A stretch of 48,972 bases of DNA from Pseudomonadota bacterium (GTDB taxonomy: Bacteria > Pseudomonadota > Alphaproteobacteria > MED-G09). The stretch is taken from the NCBI GenBank assembly GCA_036344135.1, contig JAYYUG010000050.1, positions 1 to 48,972 of the forward strand, written 5' to 3'. Position 1 is the first letter of the stretch. Every line of letters starts with the position of its first letter. Below are positions 10,970-21,132 of the stretch, in pieces. The position numbers and the translations under genes are program-made. The notes below the pieces were generated by a model. It was given only the letters and a program-made list of their open reading frames with translations. It was not told the DNA's origin and did no database searches.

Positions 10970-12453
10970 CTTTTTTTTATTTTTCTTTGAATTTCTGCTA
11001 TTAATTGATCTTTGGAAATTGAAATTTGTGAACCTTTACCAGATCTCCACTCTTCATTATCGTCAATATTTTCCGATAACTCTTTACCCCTAGCAAGATC
11101 TTTAATGGTCACCGTATCACTTGCAATCTCATCTTCGCCTACTATTACAGCAAACTTTGCATTTCTTTTATCCGCGTAGCGAAGTTGAGCTTTCATACCG
11201 CCATCACCTGTATAACATTCTGCAATAATTTTTTCTTTCCTTAGTTGTGAGGCTATTTCGTAGAAAATAGATCTTTTCTCCTTATCCATGACCAATACAA
11301 CAACATCCAAACAGCTATCTTTAAGATTGTCTTCATTCAGTATCGATAAGGCACTTGCCAATCTGCTTACTCCAATTGAAATGCCAGAGGCAGGAACTGA
11401 TACACCTTTCAATCTCTCTATTAAATTATCGTATCTGCCTCCTCCTCCAACAGAACCATAATTATTTAATTTCTTATTATTGGAAAAAATTAAATCAGCT
11501 TCATAGATCGCGCCAGTATAATAGCTGAGACCTCGAACCACTGAAGGGTCAATGGCAATCTGATCTTCTTGATATCCAGAATTTTCTATTATTCCCGAGA
11601 TTGCATTTAATTCACTAACAGCATCAGAAAATTTTTGTGAACCACCAAATTTCACTTCAAGGTTTTCAAGCGCTTTTAAACGATTTAATTTTTTTGTATC
11701 TTTACCATTTTCAAGAAAAGATAGGATTGAAGAGATTTGATTTTTATCGAGACCGGCTCCTTCGGTATAATCACCAGACTCATCCTTCCTGCCCTTACCT
11801 AGCAACAATTCCACAGCGGCAAGACCCAATCGATCAAGTTTATCAACTGACCTCATGACTGACAGATATGTTTTCTCGAAATTATCTTCTGTTGGAATTT
11901 TATTTTGTTCCAAAAGCGCATCAAGAAGATTTCGACTATTAAGACGGACAAGATATTCACCTCTTTTTATACCTACACTTTCTAGCGTATCACAAAACAT
12001 CATGCACATTTCTGCGTCGGATAAAGAATTCTCACTGCCAACAGTATCGGCATCTATCTGTAGAAACTGTCTGAATCTTCCTGGTCCTGATTTTTCGTTT
12101 CTAAACACAAATCCGGATTGGTATCTCCTGTAGGGTTTTGGGAGACTATCAAAATTCTCTGAAACATATCGAGCTAAACCAGCAGTTAAATCGTAACGTA
12201 AAGATAACCAATTCCCATCATCATCTTCGAACGAAAAGACTCCTTCATTGGGCCTATCTTGATCGGGAAGAAAAGAACCAATCATCTCCGAATACTCTAT
12301 CACGCTGGTTTCTAATGGTTCAAAACCATACCCTTGGTAAACCTTCTCAATTGATTCGGTAAGTTTAGTAATCGCAAGGTAATCCTTACCTGAGGTATCC
12401 TCAAATCCTCTGGGTCTTTGAGCTTTCATCTTTTTCTTTTTTCCAGAAGTCAC
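10963..12453 (-). CDS. hisS: histidine--tRNA ligase
   Basis: PRGFED, LRYDLTA, FRNEK.GPGRFRQF.Q.DAD, VRGLSYYTG, GGGGRYD and anticodon-binding domain; GTG start. Confidence 0.97.
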   Translation of the reverse strand: MTSGKKKKMKAQRPRGFEDTSGKDYLAITKLTESIEKVYQGYGFEPLETSVIEYSEMIGSFLPDQDRPNEGVFSFEDDDGNWLSLRYDLTAGLARYVSENFDSLPKPYRRYQSGFVFRNEKSGPGRFRQFLQIDADTVGSENSLSDAEMCMMFCDTLESVGIKRGEYLVRLNSRNLLDALLEQNKIPTEDNFEKTYLSVMRSVDKLDRLGLAAVELLLGKGRKDESGDYTEGAGLDKNQISSILSFLENGKDTKKLNRLKALENLEVKFGGSQKFSDAVSELNAISGIIENSGYQEDQIAIDPSVVRGLSYYTGAIYEADLIFSNNKKLNNYGSVGGGGRYDNLIERLKGVSVPASGISIGVSRLASALSILNEDNLKDSCLDVVVLVMDKEKRSIFYEIASQLRKEKIIAECYTGDGGMKAQLRYADKRNAKFAVIVGEDEIASDTVTIKDLARGKELSENIDDNEEWRSGKGSQISISKDQLIAEIQRKIKKSS

Positions 12454-12536
12454 AACTATACCTTTATAAGTAGATTCACTATTATAACATCATCAATTTT
12501 TCTATGTTATACTTTAACTATCAGTACGGCAAAAAT

Positions 12537-14153
12537 ATGAATACAAATTCAATAAAAACTCCAGAAGGTTTGGAAGTTTTAGGTCAACAGATTCCAAGAA
12601 TGGAAAAGATATTAACGAATGGGTGTTTAGAATTAATCGCTGATCTGGAAAGGAATTTTGGAGAAAAAAGAAGAAATCTCTTAATAGCTAGAGAAGACAA
12701 ACAAAAGGAATACAATAAAGGCGTTTTACCTGATTTCCCATCAGAAACCCAATCAATAAGGGATAGCGACTGGAAGGTTGCTTCGATTCCCGGAGATCTT
12801 CAAGATCGGAAAGTAGAAATAACCGGTCCAGTAGATCGAAAAATGGTTATAAATGCTTTAAATTCTGGAGCTAAGACTTTTATGACCGATTTTGAAGACT
12901 CGATGTCTCCCACATGGGAAAATGTTATTCAAGGTCAAATAAATCTTTTGGACCTATGGAATGATGAAATAGACTTTGTTGATCCTAACACTGAAAAAGA
13001 ATACAAATTGTCTGATAATCCGGCAGTTTTGATTGTTCGTCCAAGGGGATGGCATCTTGAAGAGGCTCATATAAAGGTAGACGGTAAAAGAATTTCGGCT
13101 GGAATATTTGACTACGCAACTTACTTGTTTCATAACCATCAAAAAATATCAGAAAAAGGAACAGGACCTTATTTTTATCTCCCTAAAATGGAGACATATT
13201 TAGAGGCGAAACTATGGAATGAAGTTTTTGAACATTCTCAAAAATCTTTAAATATTCCAATAGGAACCTGTAAGGCGACGGTGTTAATTGAGACATTACC
13301 CGCAGCTTTTCAAATGGATGAGATTCTTTTCGAATTAAAAGATCATATTGTCGGACTAAACTGTGGTCGATGGGATTACATTTTTAGCTATATAAAAAGG
13401 CTCGCATTAAATTCGAACTATATACTCCCTGATAGATCCCAGGTAGTGATGGGTGAAGCATTTTTAAATGCATATTCCTTACTTCTTATTAAGACTTGCC
13501 ACAAAAGAGGAGCATTCGCTATGGGGGGTATGGCTGCACAAATTCCGGTTAAGAATGATGATCAAGCAAATGAACAAGCTTTTGAAAAGGTAAGAAACGA
13601 TAAGGAAAGAGAAGCTAATAATGGCCATGACGGAACTTGGGTGGCTCATCCAGGTTTGGTTCCTATAGCTTTGGAGGTCTTTAATAATAAGATTTCGGGC
13701 AACAATCAACTAGATATGTCCTTGGATAATATTTCTATTACCCAACAAGACCTTTTAAAGGTACATGAAGGAGAAAGAACTGAAGAGGGAATAAGAGAAT
13801 GCGTAAGAGTTGGTGTCCAGTATATTGCAGCCTGGTTAGGTGGTAGAGGCGCTGTTCCTCTTTATAACCTTATGGAAGATGCCGCTACAGCAGAGATTTC
13901 GCGAGCGCAAATATGGCAATGGCTGAAGCATTCTACTATTCTTGATGACGGGAGAACAGTAGATGAGGTCCTATTCAAAGAAGTTCTTGTAGATGAAATG
14001 AAAAAGTTGAAAGAGCTTATAGGAGAAGATTATTGGAACAACGGTAATTATGAAAAAGCTGTTGAAATATTTGAAAAAATGTCTATATCTCCTGAATGTG
14101 AAGAATTCTTAACCTTACCTGCTTATGAAGAAATAATATCTATTTCTAATTAG
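12537..14153 (+). CDS. aceB: malate synthase A
   Basis: VEITGP, DFEDS, VRPRGWHL, YFYLPKME, GLNCGRWDYIFS, GHDGTWVAHP and LMEDAATAEISR; about 540 aa, so the A type rather than the about 720-aa G type. ATG at 12537 preferred. Confidence 0.96.
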   Translation: MNTNSIKTPEGLEVLGQQIPRMEKILTNGCLELIADLERNFGEKRRNLLIAREDKQKEYNKGVLPDFPSETQSIRDSDWKVASIPGDLQDRKVEITGPVDRKMVINALNSGAKTFMTDFEDSMSPTWENVIQGQINLLDLWNDEIDFVDPNTEKEYKLSDNPAVLIVRPRGWHLEEAHIKVDGKRISAGIFDYATYLFHNHQKISEKGTGPYFYLPKMETYLEAKLWNEVFEHSQKSLNIPIGTCKATVLIETLPAAFQMDEILFELKDHIVGLNCGRWDYIFSYIKRLALNSNYILPDRSQVVMGEAFLNAYSLLLIKTCHKRGAFAMGGMAAQIPVKNDDQANEQAFEKVRNDKEREANNGHDGTWVAHPGLVPIALEVFNNKISGNNQLDMSLDNISITQQDLLKVHEGERTEEGIRECVRVGVQYIAAWLGGRGAVPLYNLMEDAATAEISRAQIWQWLKHSTILDDGRTVDEVLFKEVLVDEMKKLKELIGEDYWNNGNYEKAVEIFEKMSISPECEEFLTLPAYEEIISISN

Positions 14154-14180
14154 GCTTTATTTTTTTTGAAAGGATTGGAT

Positions 14181-15467
14181 ATGTCAAAAAGTTTCTACGA
14201 TTTAATTCCTTCGGCACCCAAAGATCGGTTTGATGGAATAGAGAGACCTTATTCAATTGAAGATGTAGAAAAATTGAGAGGATCAGTTCAGATAGAATAT
14301 ACCCTTGCAACAAGAGGGGCTAATCGTCTGTGGGAACTTCTCCATACGGAAGATCAGGTGTCTTCTTTAGGAGCTTTATCGGGTAACCAAGCCATGCAAA
14401 TGGTTCGCGCAGGATTAAAAGCAATCTACCTTTCAGGTTGGCAAGTTGCTGCAGATAACAATACAGCAGGAGCCACATATCCTGATCAAAGTTTATATCC
14501 TGCAAACTCGGGTCCCGAGCTAGCTAAAAAAATCAATAGAACTTTACAAAGGGCAGATCAAATAGAGCACTCTGAGGGAGGGGCAAAGAGAGATTGGTTT
14601 GCACCTATACTCGCTGATGCAGAAGCCGGTTTTGGTGGTCCATTAAATTGCTTTGAAATTATGAAAGCCTACATTGAAGCAGGAGCCGCGGGAGTTCATT
14701 ATGAGGATCAGCTTGCTTCCGAAAAAAAATGCGGTCATATGGGTGGTAAAGTTTTAATACCCACTAAACAACATATTAGGAATCTTAATGCCGCTAGGTT
14801 GGGTGCAGATGTTTGTGGTGTTCCAACGTTAATAGTTGCGAGAACAGACGCTGAGAGCGCAAAACTTATTACTTCAGATGCAGATGAAAGAGACCACGAA
14901 TTCATCAATAAAGATGATCGCAGCCCTGAGGGATTTTATCGTATTAAAGAAGGTGTAGGTCTTCAACACTGCATTAAAAGAGGGATCGCTTATGCTCCGC
15001 ATGCTGATCTTTTGTGGATGGAAACATCTGTTCCAAGCCTTGAAGTGGCTAGAAAGTTTTCAGAAGCAGTTAAGAAAGAATTTCCTGATCAAATGTTAGC
15101 TTATAACTGTTCTCCAAGTTTCAATTGGGAAGCTAATATTGATAAGGATACTATTGCAGTATTCAGAGAAGAACTTGGGAAAATGGGATTCAAATATCAA
15201 TTTGTGACACTTGCTGGGTTCCATCAGTTAAATCATGGAATGTTTGAGCTGGCCTCAGAGTTTAGAGATCGCGGAATGGCTGCATATTCAGAACTTCAAC
15301 AATCTGAGTTTGCATCGGAAAAATCGGGGTATTCTGCTACCAGACACCAAAGAGAAGTGGGTACAGGATACTTTGATTTAGTATCTGAAGCTGCTTCTGG
15401 TGGAGAATCTTCAACAACTGCTCTTGATGATTCAACTGAGTTAGATCAATTTGAAGCTGCCGAATAA
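14181..15467 (+). CDS. aceA: isocitrate lyase
   Basis: [34 protein letters not shown] and [13 protein letters not shown] at 14181 preferred. Confidence 0.97.
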   Translation: MSKSFYDLIPSAPKDRFDGIERPYSIEDVEKLRGSVQIEYTLATRGANRLWELLHTEDQVSSLGALSGNQAMQMVRAGLKAIYLSGWQVAADNNTAGATYPDQSLYPANSGPELAKKINRTLQRADQIEHSEGGAKRDWFAPILADAEAGFGGPLNCFEIMKAYIEAGAAGVHYEDQLASEKKCGHMGGKVLIPTKQHIRNLNAARLGADVCGVPTLIVARTDAESAKLITSDADERDHEFINKDDRSPEGFYRIKEGVGLQHCIKRGIAYAPHADLLWMETSVPSLEVARKFSEAVKKEFPDQMLAYNCSPSFNWEANIDKDTIAVFREELGKMGFKYQFVTLAGFHQLNHGMFELASEFRDRGMAAYSELQQSEFASEKSGYSATRHQREVGTGYFDLVSEAASGGESSTTALDDSTELDQFEAAE

Positions 15468-15475
15468 AAGCTTTA

Positions 15476-15955
15476 ATGCTCCCAACCACAGATATATGTG
15501 ATAAATATTTCGATTATGTTCGTATAGTAAAGCCTATTTTTAGGGATTTTGGAGGAAGGGTTACGTTTTTCGGAAAAGTTGTTACGCTGAAAACTTATGA
15601 TGACAATACCAAGGTTAGAACCACTCTTGAAAGGGATGGAACAGGAAAAATTTTGGTGGTAGATGGTCAAGGTTCAATGAATTGTGCTTTACTGGGAGGT
15701 AATCTCGCGGCTCTCGCCAGTAAAAATAACTGGTCGGGTATCATTATAAATGGGTGCGTCAGAGACCAAAATGAAATCAAGGAAGAAAACGTAGGAGTTA
15801 AAGCCCTTGCCTCCCACCCGAAAAAATCCAATAAGGATGATGGAGGCGAGTATGGTCTAACCTTGAGTTTCGGAGACATTACGATAGAGGATGGTGAATA
15901 CCTTTATGCAGATGAGGACGGTATAGTTATTTCAACAACAGAATTAGAAATTTAA
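15476..15955 (+). CDS. rraA: RraA family protein (regulator of RNase E activity / HMG aldolase-oxaloacetate decarboxylase-like)
   Basis: TTDICD, FRDFGG, DDNTKV, LVVDGQGS..CALLGGNLA, GCVRD and YADEDG. Confidence 0.9.
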   Translation: MLPTTDICDKYFDYVRIVKPIFRDFGGRVTFFGKVVTLKTYDDNTKVRTTLERDGTGKILVVDGQGSMNCALLGGNLAALASKNNWSGIIINGCVRDQNEIKEENVGVKALASHPKKSNKDDGGEYGLTLSFGDITIEDGEYLYADEDGIVISTTELEI

Positions 15956-16023
15956 ATCTCTGATACCATTATTTTCCTTCCTGAAAATTTAAATTTTATC
16001 TATAGTAAAAAAAGGGAGATAAT

Positions 16024-17478
16024 ATGGATATACTAGCTTTTAAATCGGCAAACGAATTAGCCGAAATGATAAGAAACAAAGAAATTAGCAGTTCCGAATT
16101 ATTGGAATACTACATAAGCCGAGTTAAAAAATATAATCCGGACCTTAACGCTATCATCGTAGAAAATTTTGATGCGGCAAGGGAATCTGCTAAGCAGTCT
16201 GACGAATTCTTGAGTAAAGGAGAAATTCAAGGACCACTTCATGGTGTACCAATGACACTTAAGGAATCTTATGGTCTGACAGGTACAGCATTAACTTTTG
16301 GTGTTCCTGAGTTCAAAGACAACATTTCTGATAGTGACGCTTTGTCTGTAGAAAGATTGAAGAATGCGGGTGCTGTCATTTTTGGAAAAACAAATGTCCC
16401 TTTCCGATTGGCCGATTTCCAAAGTTATAATGATATTTATGGCACGACAAATAATCCTTGGGATCTTACCAAGATACCTGGTGGTTCATCAGGTGGTTCA
16501 GCTGCTGCTTTAGCAGCTGGATTAACAGGATTTGAATCCGGATCGGATATTGGTGGCTCAATTCGAAATCCAGCTCATTATTGTGGAGTTTTTGGTCATA
16601 AACCAACTTGGGGTCTTTTGCCTCCGAGAGGACATGCACTTCCAGGCGGGGTTGCACAACCAGATTTATCCGTGATAGGTCCTTTAGGAAGAAGTGCTGA
16701 AGATCTTGAAACGGGGGTAATGGTTATGGCCGGTCCGGACGAAATTCAAAGCGCGGGACTGAAGTTGGATCTGGAAAAACTTCAAAAGAGTGATTTGAAA
16801 GAGTTTAAAGTTGCTGTATGGCTTAATCAAGATATCGCACCCGTTAATCAAGAAGTTCAAAACCGTGTAAACGCTGTAGCAAAAACTGTTAGTGATGCCG
16901 GTGGTGAAGTCAATTTTGAAGCACGTCCCGATTATGATATATACAAAGCTATGGATGTTTATGGGTCTCTGCTTCACCCTTCAATGGCATCAAGAAGCAC
17001 CGATGAGGAATTTCAGAAACTCCAAAATTCAGCTGAAAAACTTGACCCCAATGACTTAAGCGAGTCTGCTTATACTCTTAGAAAACAAGTTTCAACCCTT
17101 CGTGATTACAATATAGCTAACAACGAACGCACTCATTTACGTTGGGCATGGCATGATTTCTTTAAAAGTTATGACGTTGTCATTGCGCCTATTATGGCAA
17201 CCGAGGCTATACCTCATGATCATGGAAAATATGGTGAACGTACAATTATGGTAGACAATGACGAAAGACCTTACTTTGAACAGATCTTCTGGGCGGGTAT
17301 TGCGGTTTGCAGTTATCTTCCGTCAACTGTCATTCCCACTGGCTTAACGAAGGAAGGATTGCCAATAGGTATTCAGATCATCGGACCGGAATACGGAGAC
17401 TTAAAGACTATTGGATTTGCAAAACTTCTAGAAAATGAGGGATACACCTTTACAGCTCCTGAGAATTACCCCGATTAA
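16024..17478 (+). CDS. amidase signature family enzyme
   Basis: GPLHGVPMTLKE, GKTNVP, PGGSSGGS and GSDIGGSIR (Ser-cisSer-Lys triad motifs); SD GGGAG. Confidence 0.93.
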   Translation: MDILAFKSANELAEMIRNKEISSSELLEYYISRVKKYNPDLNAIIVENFDAARESAKQSDEFLSKGEIQGPLHGVPMTLKESYGLTGTALTFGVPEFKDNISDSDALSVERLKNAGAVIFGKTNVPFRLADFQSYNDIYGTTNNPWDLTKIPGGSSGGSAAALAAGLTGFESGSDIGGSIRNPAHYCGVFGHKPTWGLLPPRGHALPGGVAQPDLSVIGPLGRSAEDLETGVMVMAGPDEIQSAGLKLDLEKLQKSDLKEFKVAVWLNQDIAPVNQEVQNRVNAVAKTVSDAGGEVNFEARPDYDIYKAMDVYGSLLHPSMASRSTDEEFQKLQNSAEKLDPNDLSESAYTLRKQVSTLRDYNIANNERTHLRWAWHDFFKSYDVVIAPIMATEAIPHDHGKYGERTIMVDNDERPYFEQIFWAGIAVCSYLPSTVIPTGLTKEGLPIGIQIIGPEYGDLKTIGFAKLLENEGYTFTAPENYPD

Positions 17479-17489
17479 GATAAAAGAGG

Positions 17490-17894
17490 TTAGACCCAAA
17501 AAGACCGATCCGAGAGGTACAGTTTTTCTATGCCATGCCTTAGCTCCCAGGATTCACGAGAATCTTTTCTGAGTTTCCTGACTACCAAACTATAGGACCG
17601 ATTAATCATGCGTCTAATTTCACCCAAAGGTAGTTTTCCATTGAGAATCACGGTGTTCCAGTGAGCCTTATTCATATGGTAACCAGGAATCACGTCATCG
17701 TGAATTTCACGAAGGATAATTGCCTCCTCGGGATCACACTTCAGATTAATGCGCGCTACTCCTTTTCGGTATGTCATAAGCCCAAACATTTTTTCTTTGA
17801 TCTTGAAGACTTGTATATCCGGACCAAAGGGATAATCTTCCACCGCCTCAGGTAGTGTGAGACAATACGCTTTGACTTTTTCTACCTTCTTCAT
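17490..17894 (-). CDS. MmcQ/YjbR family protein
   Basis: YCLTLP, YPFGPD..VFKI..KMF, NLKCDP and PGYHMNKAHWNTV. Start moved to ATG at 17894 to remove the overlap with the upstream gene. Confidence 0.92.
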   Translation of the reverse strand: MKKVEKVKAYCLTLPEAVEDYPFGPDIQVFKIKEKMFGLMTYRKGVARINLKCDPEEAIILREIHDDVIPGYHMNKAHWNTVILNGKLPLGEIRRMINRSYSLVVRKLRKDSRESWELRHGIEKLYLSDRSFWV

Positions 17895-17901
17895 CGCTTT
17901 T

Positions 17902-20900
17902 CTAAATAATATACATATCCGATATAGTCCCTGTTTGGGCACCGGAAGAATTGAGAATATCATAAACTCCAAAAACATCTGCGAATTCCCTAAACGTTAA
18001 ATCTATCCCGTCAGTACCGTTGGTGATGTTGCCGCCTACATTGTAAGTGAACTTGTCCGCTCCGCTGATTGTCACCTCTCGTCCGTCTTGAAGGGTCAAA
18101 CGCGCCGCATTTTTGGTGAAAAGACTTGTATCAATATAGGTGTTGGCGGGCAACTGGATGGTGTTGTCTCCGGAGGCGTCGGTAATACTAATCTTGCTGT
18201 TTTTAGGAAGTAACTGGGAGATAAAGTAGGTGTCATCCCCCTCCAGGCCTCTGTAGGTTGTTGCCTGACCGTCAAGAATGATGACATTGTTACCCGCGTT
18301 AAAATTAAGGGTGCCAGAAATAGCACTTTCGCTGTGTGCCTCCAAGATATTAACGGATGAATCTATCGATCCTGATAGGGAGTATTCTAAAGAAATTTTT
18401 GAAACTGTTTTATCCGAGAATTGCATGTATTCAATATTCGTAAGAGTATCGGTCCCTTCGTCAGCCGCTATGTTTGATGAAAAACCTATCCCGCTATGAT
18501 TATGGCAATACACGTAGAGAGTATCTGGCGCTGTATCAGAGACAATAATTTCTGTATACGCTCCAGTCTGACCAGGGGTCCCTATAACAGTAACACCAGT
18601 AGTATACTCACTACCGCCAGCGTGTATTCCATCAGATGTTGTACTGAATCTTAAGTGATGATTGGCGTTAGAAGCATCGGATTGATCAAATTTGTAGGTC
18701 ATTCCTCTGTATAAGGACGAAGACATTATCTGCGCTACGTCATTGACATAGAAGACATTTCCGTATCCATCATTCTTCAAACTTATAGTGAAAGTTTCAT
18801 TCTTCAATGAATGATTAACCGAAACTGTACCATTGTCATTTTTAGTAATGGTGAAGTTCGATGAAGAATCTTTATAGATAGCAGTATCGATGCCAGCTCC
18901 ACCATCAATGGTATCATTACCGGCACCTCCCTCGATGGAATCGTTACCAGCATATCCCAGAGCACTTTCATCACCTTCCCGCAAAACAATCGTGTCGTCG
19001 CCTGAATAGCCGTGAACCTTTGTGTTAATTGCAAAGGTCTCAAAGCCTTCATCTTTTCCTACAGCCAGATAATGTTTAAGACCAGATGCATAAGTACCTG
19101 CTGTGACAGCATCTTCCGCTGAAGAATTTTCGTTGAGATAGTATCTTTCGTTAAAACCGGGGGCGCCGGAATCTGCTCCAGAGACATAATCCGGTCCGGT
19201 ACCTATAGTGGCTAACATTTCCAATAAGTAAAAACTATTTATTGACTCTTCAGCTGACATATTGGTCCAGCTGGTTCTAAAAATGACAATTTCCATAATA
19301 TTGTCTTGATCAAAATCCCCATAACCCAATATTGTTCCGTTTGAACTGTCGTGAGAGCTGTCTAACGCTATCTCTTTTATTTCAAATCTTCCCTCACCAT
19401 CATTTAGGTACATCAAAGGTACAGTTCCGGTACTTCTAGATCCTGCAATATCCATATGCCCATCGTTATTCATATCTATTAATTGCCATGGCTCCGTCCA
19501 CTCCAGACGAGATCCGTATGCATCTTGTAGGGAATTAGAGGGGATAAGATTAGTGACATCGGTGAAATTACCTTGTCCATCATTGAGTAAGATTTGGATA
19601 TAATTTCCGCCATAATACGGTTCGGCTCGCGCCCAATGAATGGCGAGATCTATGTCTCCATCATGATCAAAATCAGACGGCATAGTTTTCATGTGGTATT
19701 GATTGTCTGTTCCATAGACAGAATCAGGGAGAGCAATTTTTGAATCTTCTGAGAATTGACCATTATCATTTATAAAAATGAGACTTGATACACTTCCGCT
19801 CCCAAACCCGGCAATGAGATCATCAAATCCGTCGTTATTTATATCAACAAGAGCTGCATCAAGAAGAACATTAAAACCTGTAATTTCGTTGGTTAAGGGC
19901 CAGTTAAGCAATTTTACATAAAGAGGTTGTAGACTATATAAGAATGTTCCATCGTTTTGTTGGATCAATTCGTATGGTCCTTCCTCATTTGAATGACCGA
20001 TAAAAATATCATCGAGACCATCACCGTTTATGTCTCCAACGGCCATAGAATGCACATCTACCGCAAAAGGATATGTATCTTCAAATAGAGCAGAATTAGC
20101 ATTTGTTGGAAATGGAAGCTTAGGAAATATTGATGCACGATCATTATTTGAAACTGAGGATTGGATTAAAATTAGTTCGGATGGTGGTACAGTAGAATCG
20201 CTATTACGCTTGGAATCTTCTTCTGTTGAGTGATTGATTGTAACAGCGCTGACAGGGCTTGAAGTTCCTATTTGTATTAAATCAGACCGTCTTCCTCCTG
20301 TTGTAATTGGCATAGTCGCATTAATTTCTGCATCATAGGTAAGTGTCCCATCTTTTGTGGTAAAAGCTATAAACGGCGTTGAAGTATCAATACCCGTACC
20401 ATAGCCCTTCCACATAGGCGCTATTACATCTTTTATACCGTCCTGATTAATGTCGAGGAAAATGACCGCCTGAGAAAACCAACTAATCAGTTTTGCTTCA
20501 TGAAATACACCAACATAGGTGTAAGCCGGGGCAATAGTGTCGTCATTAAATGTATGAATTGTACCTTTTATTTCTGTTTTCACTGTTTCGAGAAAAAAAT
20601 CGATATCAATCGTCTTATTGTCACCTGAAAAAACTATCTCTTTTACACCCGTTATAATATCCAGTGTATTTAGGGAAGAATTGGTGACATGAATTTCATC
20701 TCCAACACTACTGATTACATAATCCGTAGAATTGAGTAAGTGGTAAGTAATTTTATCGTCTCCACCTCCCATATTAAAAGTATTATTTCCACCAAAAAGT
20801 AAAACATGTTCATAAGCAGAAGTCCCGGTGATTGTCATACCCAAACTTGTGCCGTGTATAGTTGTTATTCCTGAAATCGTATCTCTGTACCCGAAACCAT

Positions 20901-21132
20901 CATCTGCCCAGCCCTCTAAGAGATTTATGATTGGGGATTCAGTGGCGTGCCAAAATGCATACTGAACATTGGTTCCCGAAATGGAATCATCTCCAGGACT
21001 CGCGACTACTGTTTGACCATTGAGATTGGTTAATTGATCGTTACCTTTTTTAGGATAAATGTTTGAGATGTCCGAGGATAATTCAGAACCATCAATTATA
21101 TCATCTTCATCTGTTCCATTATAATCCGCCAT
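17902..21132 (-). CDS. large secreted/surface Ca-binding protein: RTX-like repeats, FG-GAP/VCBS propeller and inserted cupredoxin-like domain
   Basis: No Sec signal. N-terminal GTDEDDIIDG; six DxDxDG-type motifs (DINQDG, DINGDG, DINNDG, DFDHDG, DMNNDG, DFDQDN); GYAGNDSI/GGAGNDTI/GGAGIDTA nonapeptides; YVYCHNHSGIG motif. Confidence 0.85.
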   Translation of the reverse strand: MADYNGTDEDDIIDGSELSSDISNIYPKKGNDQLTNLNGQTVVASPGDDSISGTNVQYAFWHATESPIINLLEGWADDGFGYRDTISGITTIHGTSLGMTITGTSAYEHVLLFGGNNTFNMGGGDDKITYHLLNSTDYVISSVGDEIHVTNSSLNTLDIITGVKEIVFSGDNKTIDIDFFLETVKTEIKGTIHTFNDDTIAPAYTYVGVFHEAKLISWFSQAVIFLDINQDGIKDVIAPMWKGYGTGIDTSTPFIAFTTKDGTLTYDAEINATMPITTGGRRSDLIQIGTSSPVSAVTINHSTEEDSKRNSDSTVPPSELILIQSSVSNNDRASIFPKLPFPTNANSALFEDTYPFAVDVHSMAVGDINGDGLDDIFIGHSNEEGPYELIQQNDGTFLYSLQPLYVKLLNWPLTNEITGFNVLLDAALVDINNDGFDDLIAGFGSGSVSSLIFINDNGQFSEDSKIALPDSVYGTDNQYHMKTMPSDFDHDGDIDLAIHWARAEPYYGGNYIQILLNDGQGNFTDVTNLIPSNSLQDAYGSRLEWTEPWQLIDMNNDGHMDIAGSRSTGTVPLMYLNDGEGRFEIKEIALDSSHDSSNGTILGYGDFDQDNIMEIVIFRTSWTNMSAEESINSFYLLEMLATIGTGPDYVSGADSGAPGFNERYYLNENSSAEDAVTAGTYASGLKHYLAVGKDEGFETFAINTKVHGYSGDDTIVLREGDESALGYAGNDSIEGGAGNDTIDGGAGIDTAIYKDSSSNFTITKNDNGTVSVNHSLKNETFTISLKNDGYGNVFYVNDVAQIMSSSLYRGMTYKFDQSDASNANHHLRFSTTSDGIHAGGSEYTTGVTVIGTPGQTGAYTEIIVSDTAPDTLYVYCHNHSGIGFSSNIAADEGTDTLTNIEYMQFSDKTVSKISLEYSLSGSIDSSVNILEAHSESAISGTLNFNAGNNVIILDGQATTYRGLEGDDTYFISQLLPKNSKISITDASGDNTIQLPANTYIDTSLFTKNAARLTLQDGREVTISGADKFTYNVGGNITNGTDGIDLTFREFADVFGVYDILNSSGAQTGTISDMYII

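Noticed and set aside
17895-17978. N-terminal extension of MmcQ/YjbR in the ORF track
   Set aside because: It overlaps the 3' end of the large gene; family similarity begins at the ATG at 17894.
10713-18800. Prophage remnant suggested by the Cro-like HTH and phage-like domain
   Set aside because: No integrase, terminase, capsid, tail genes or att repeats; both domains are embedded in intact host genes.
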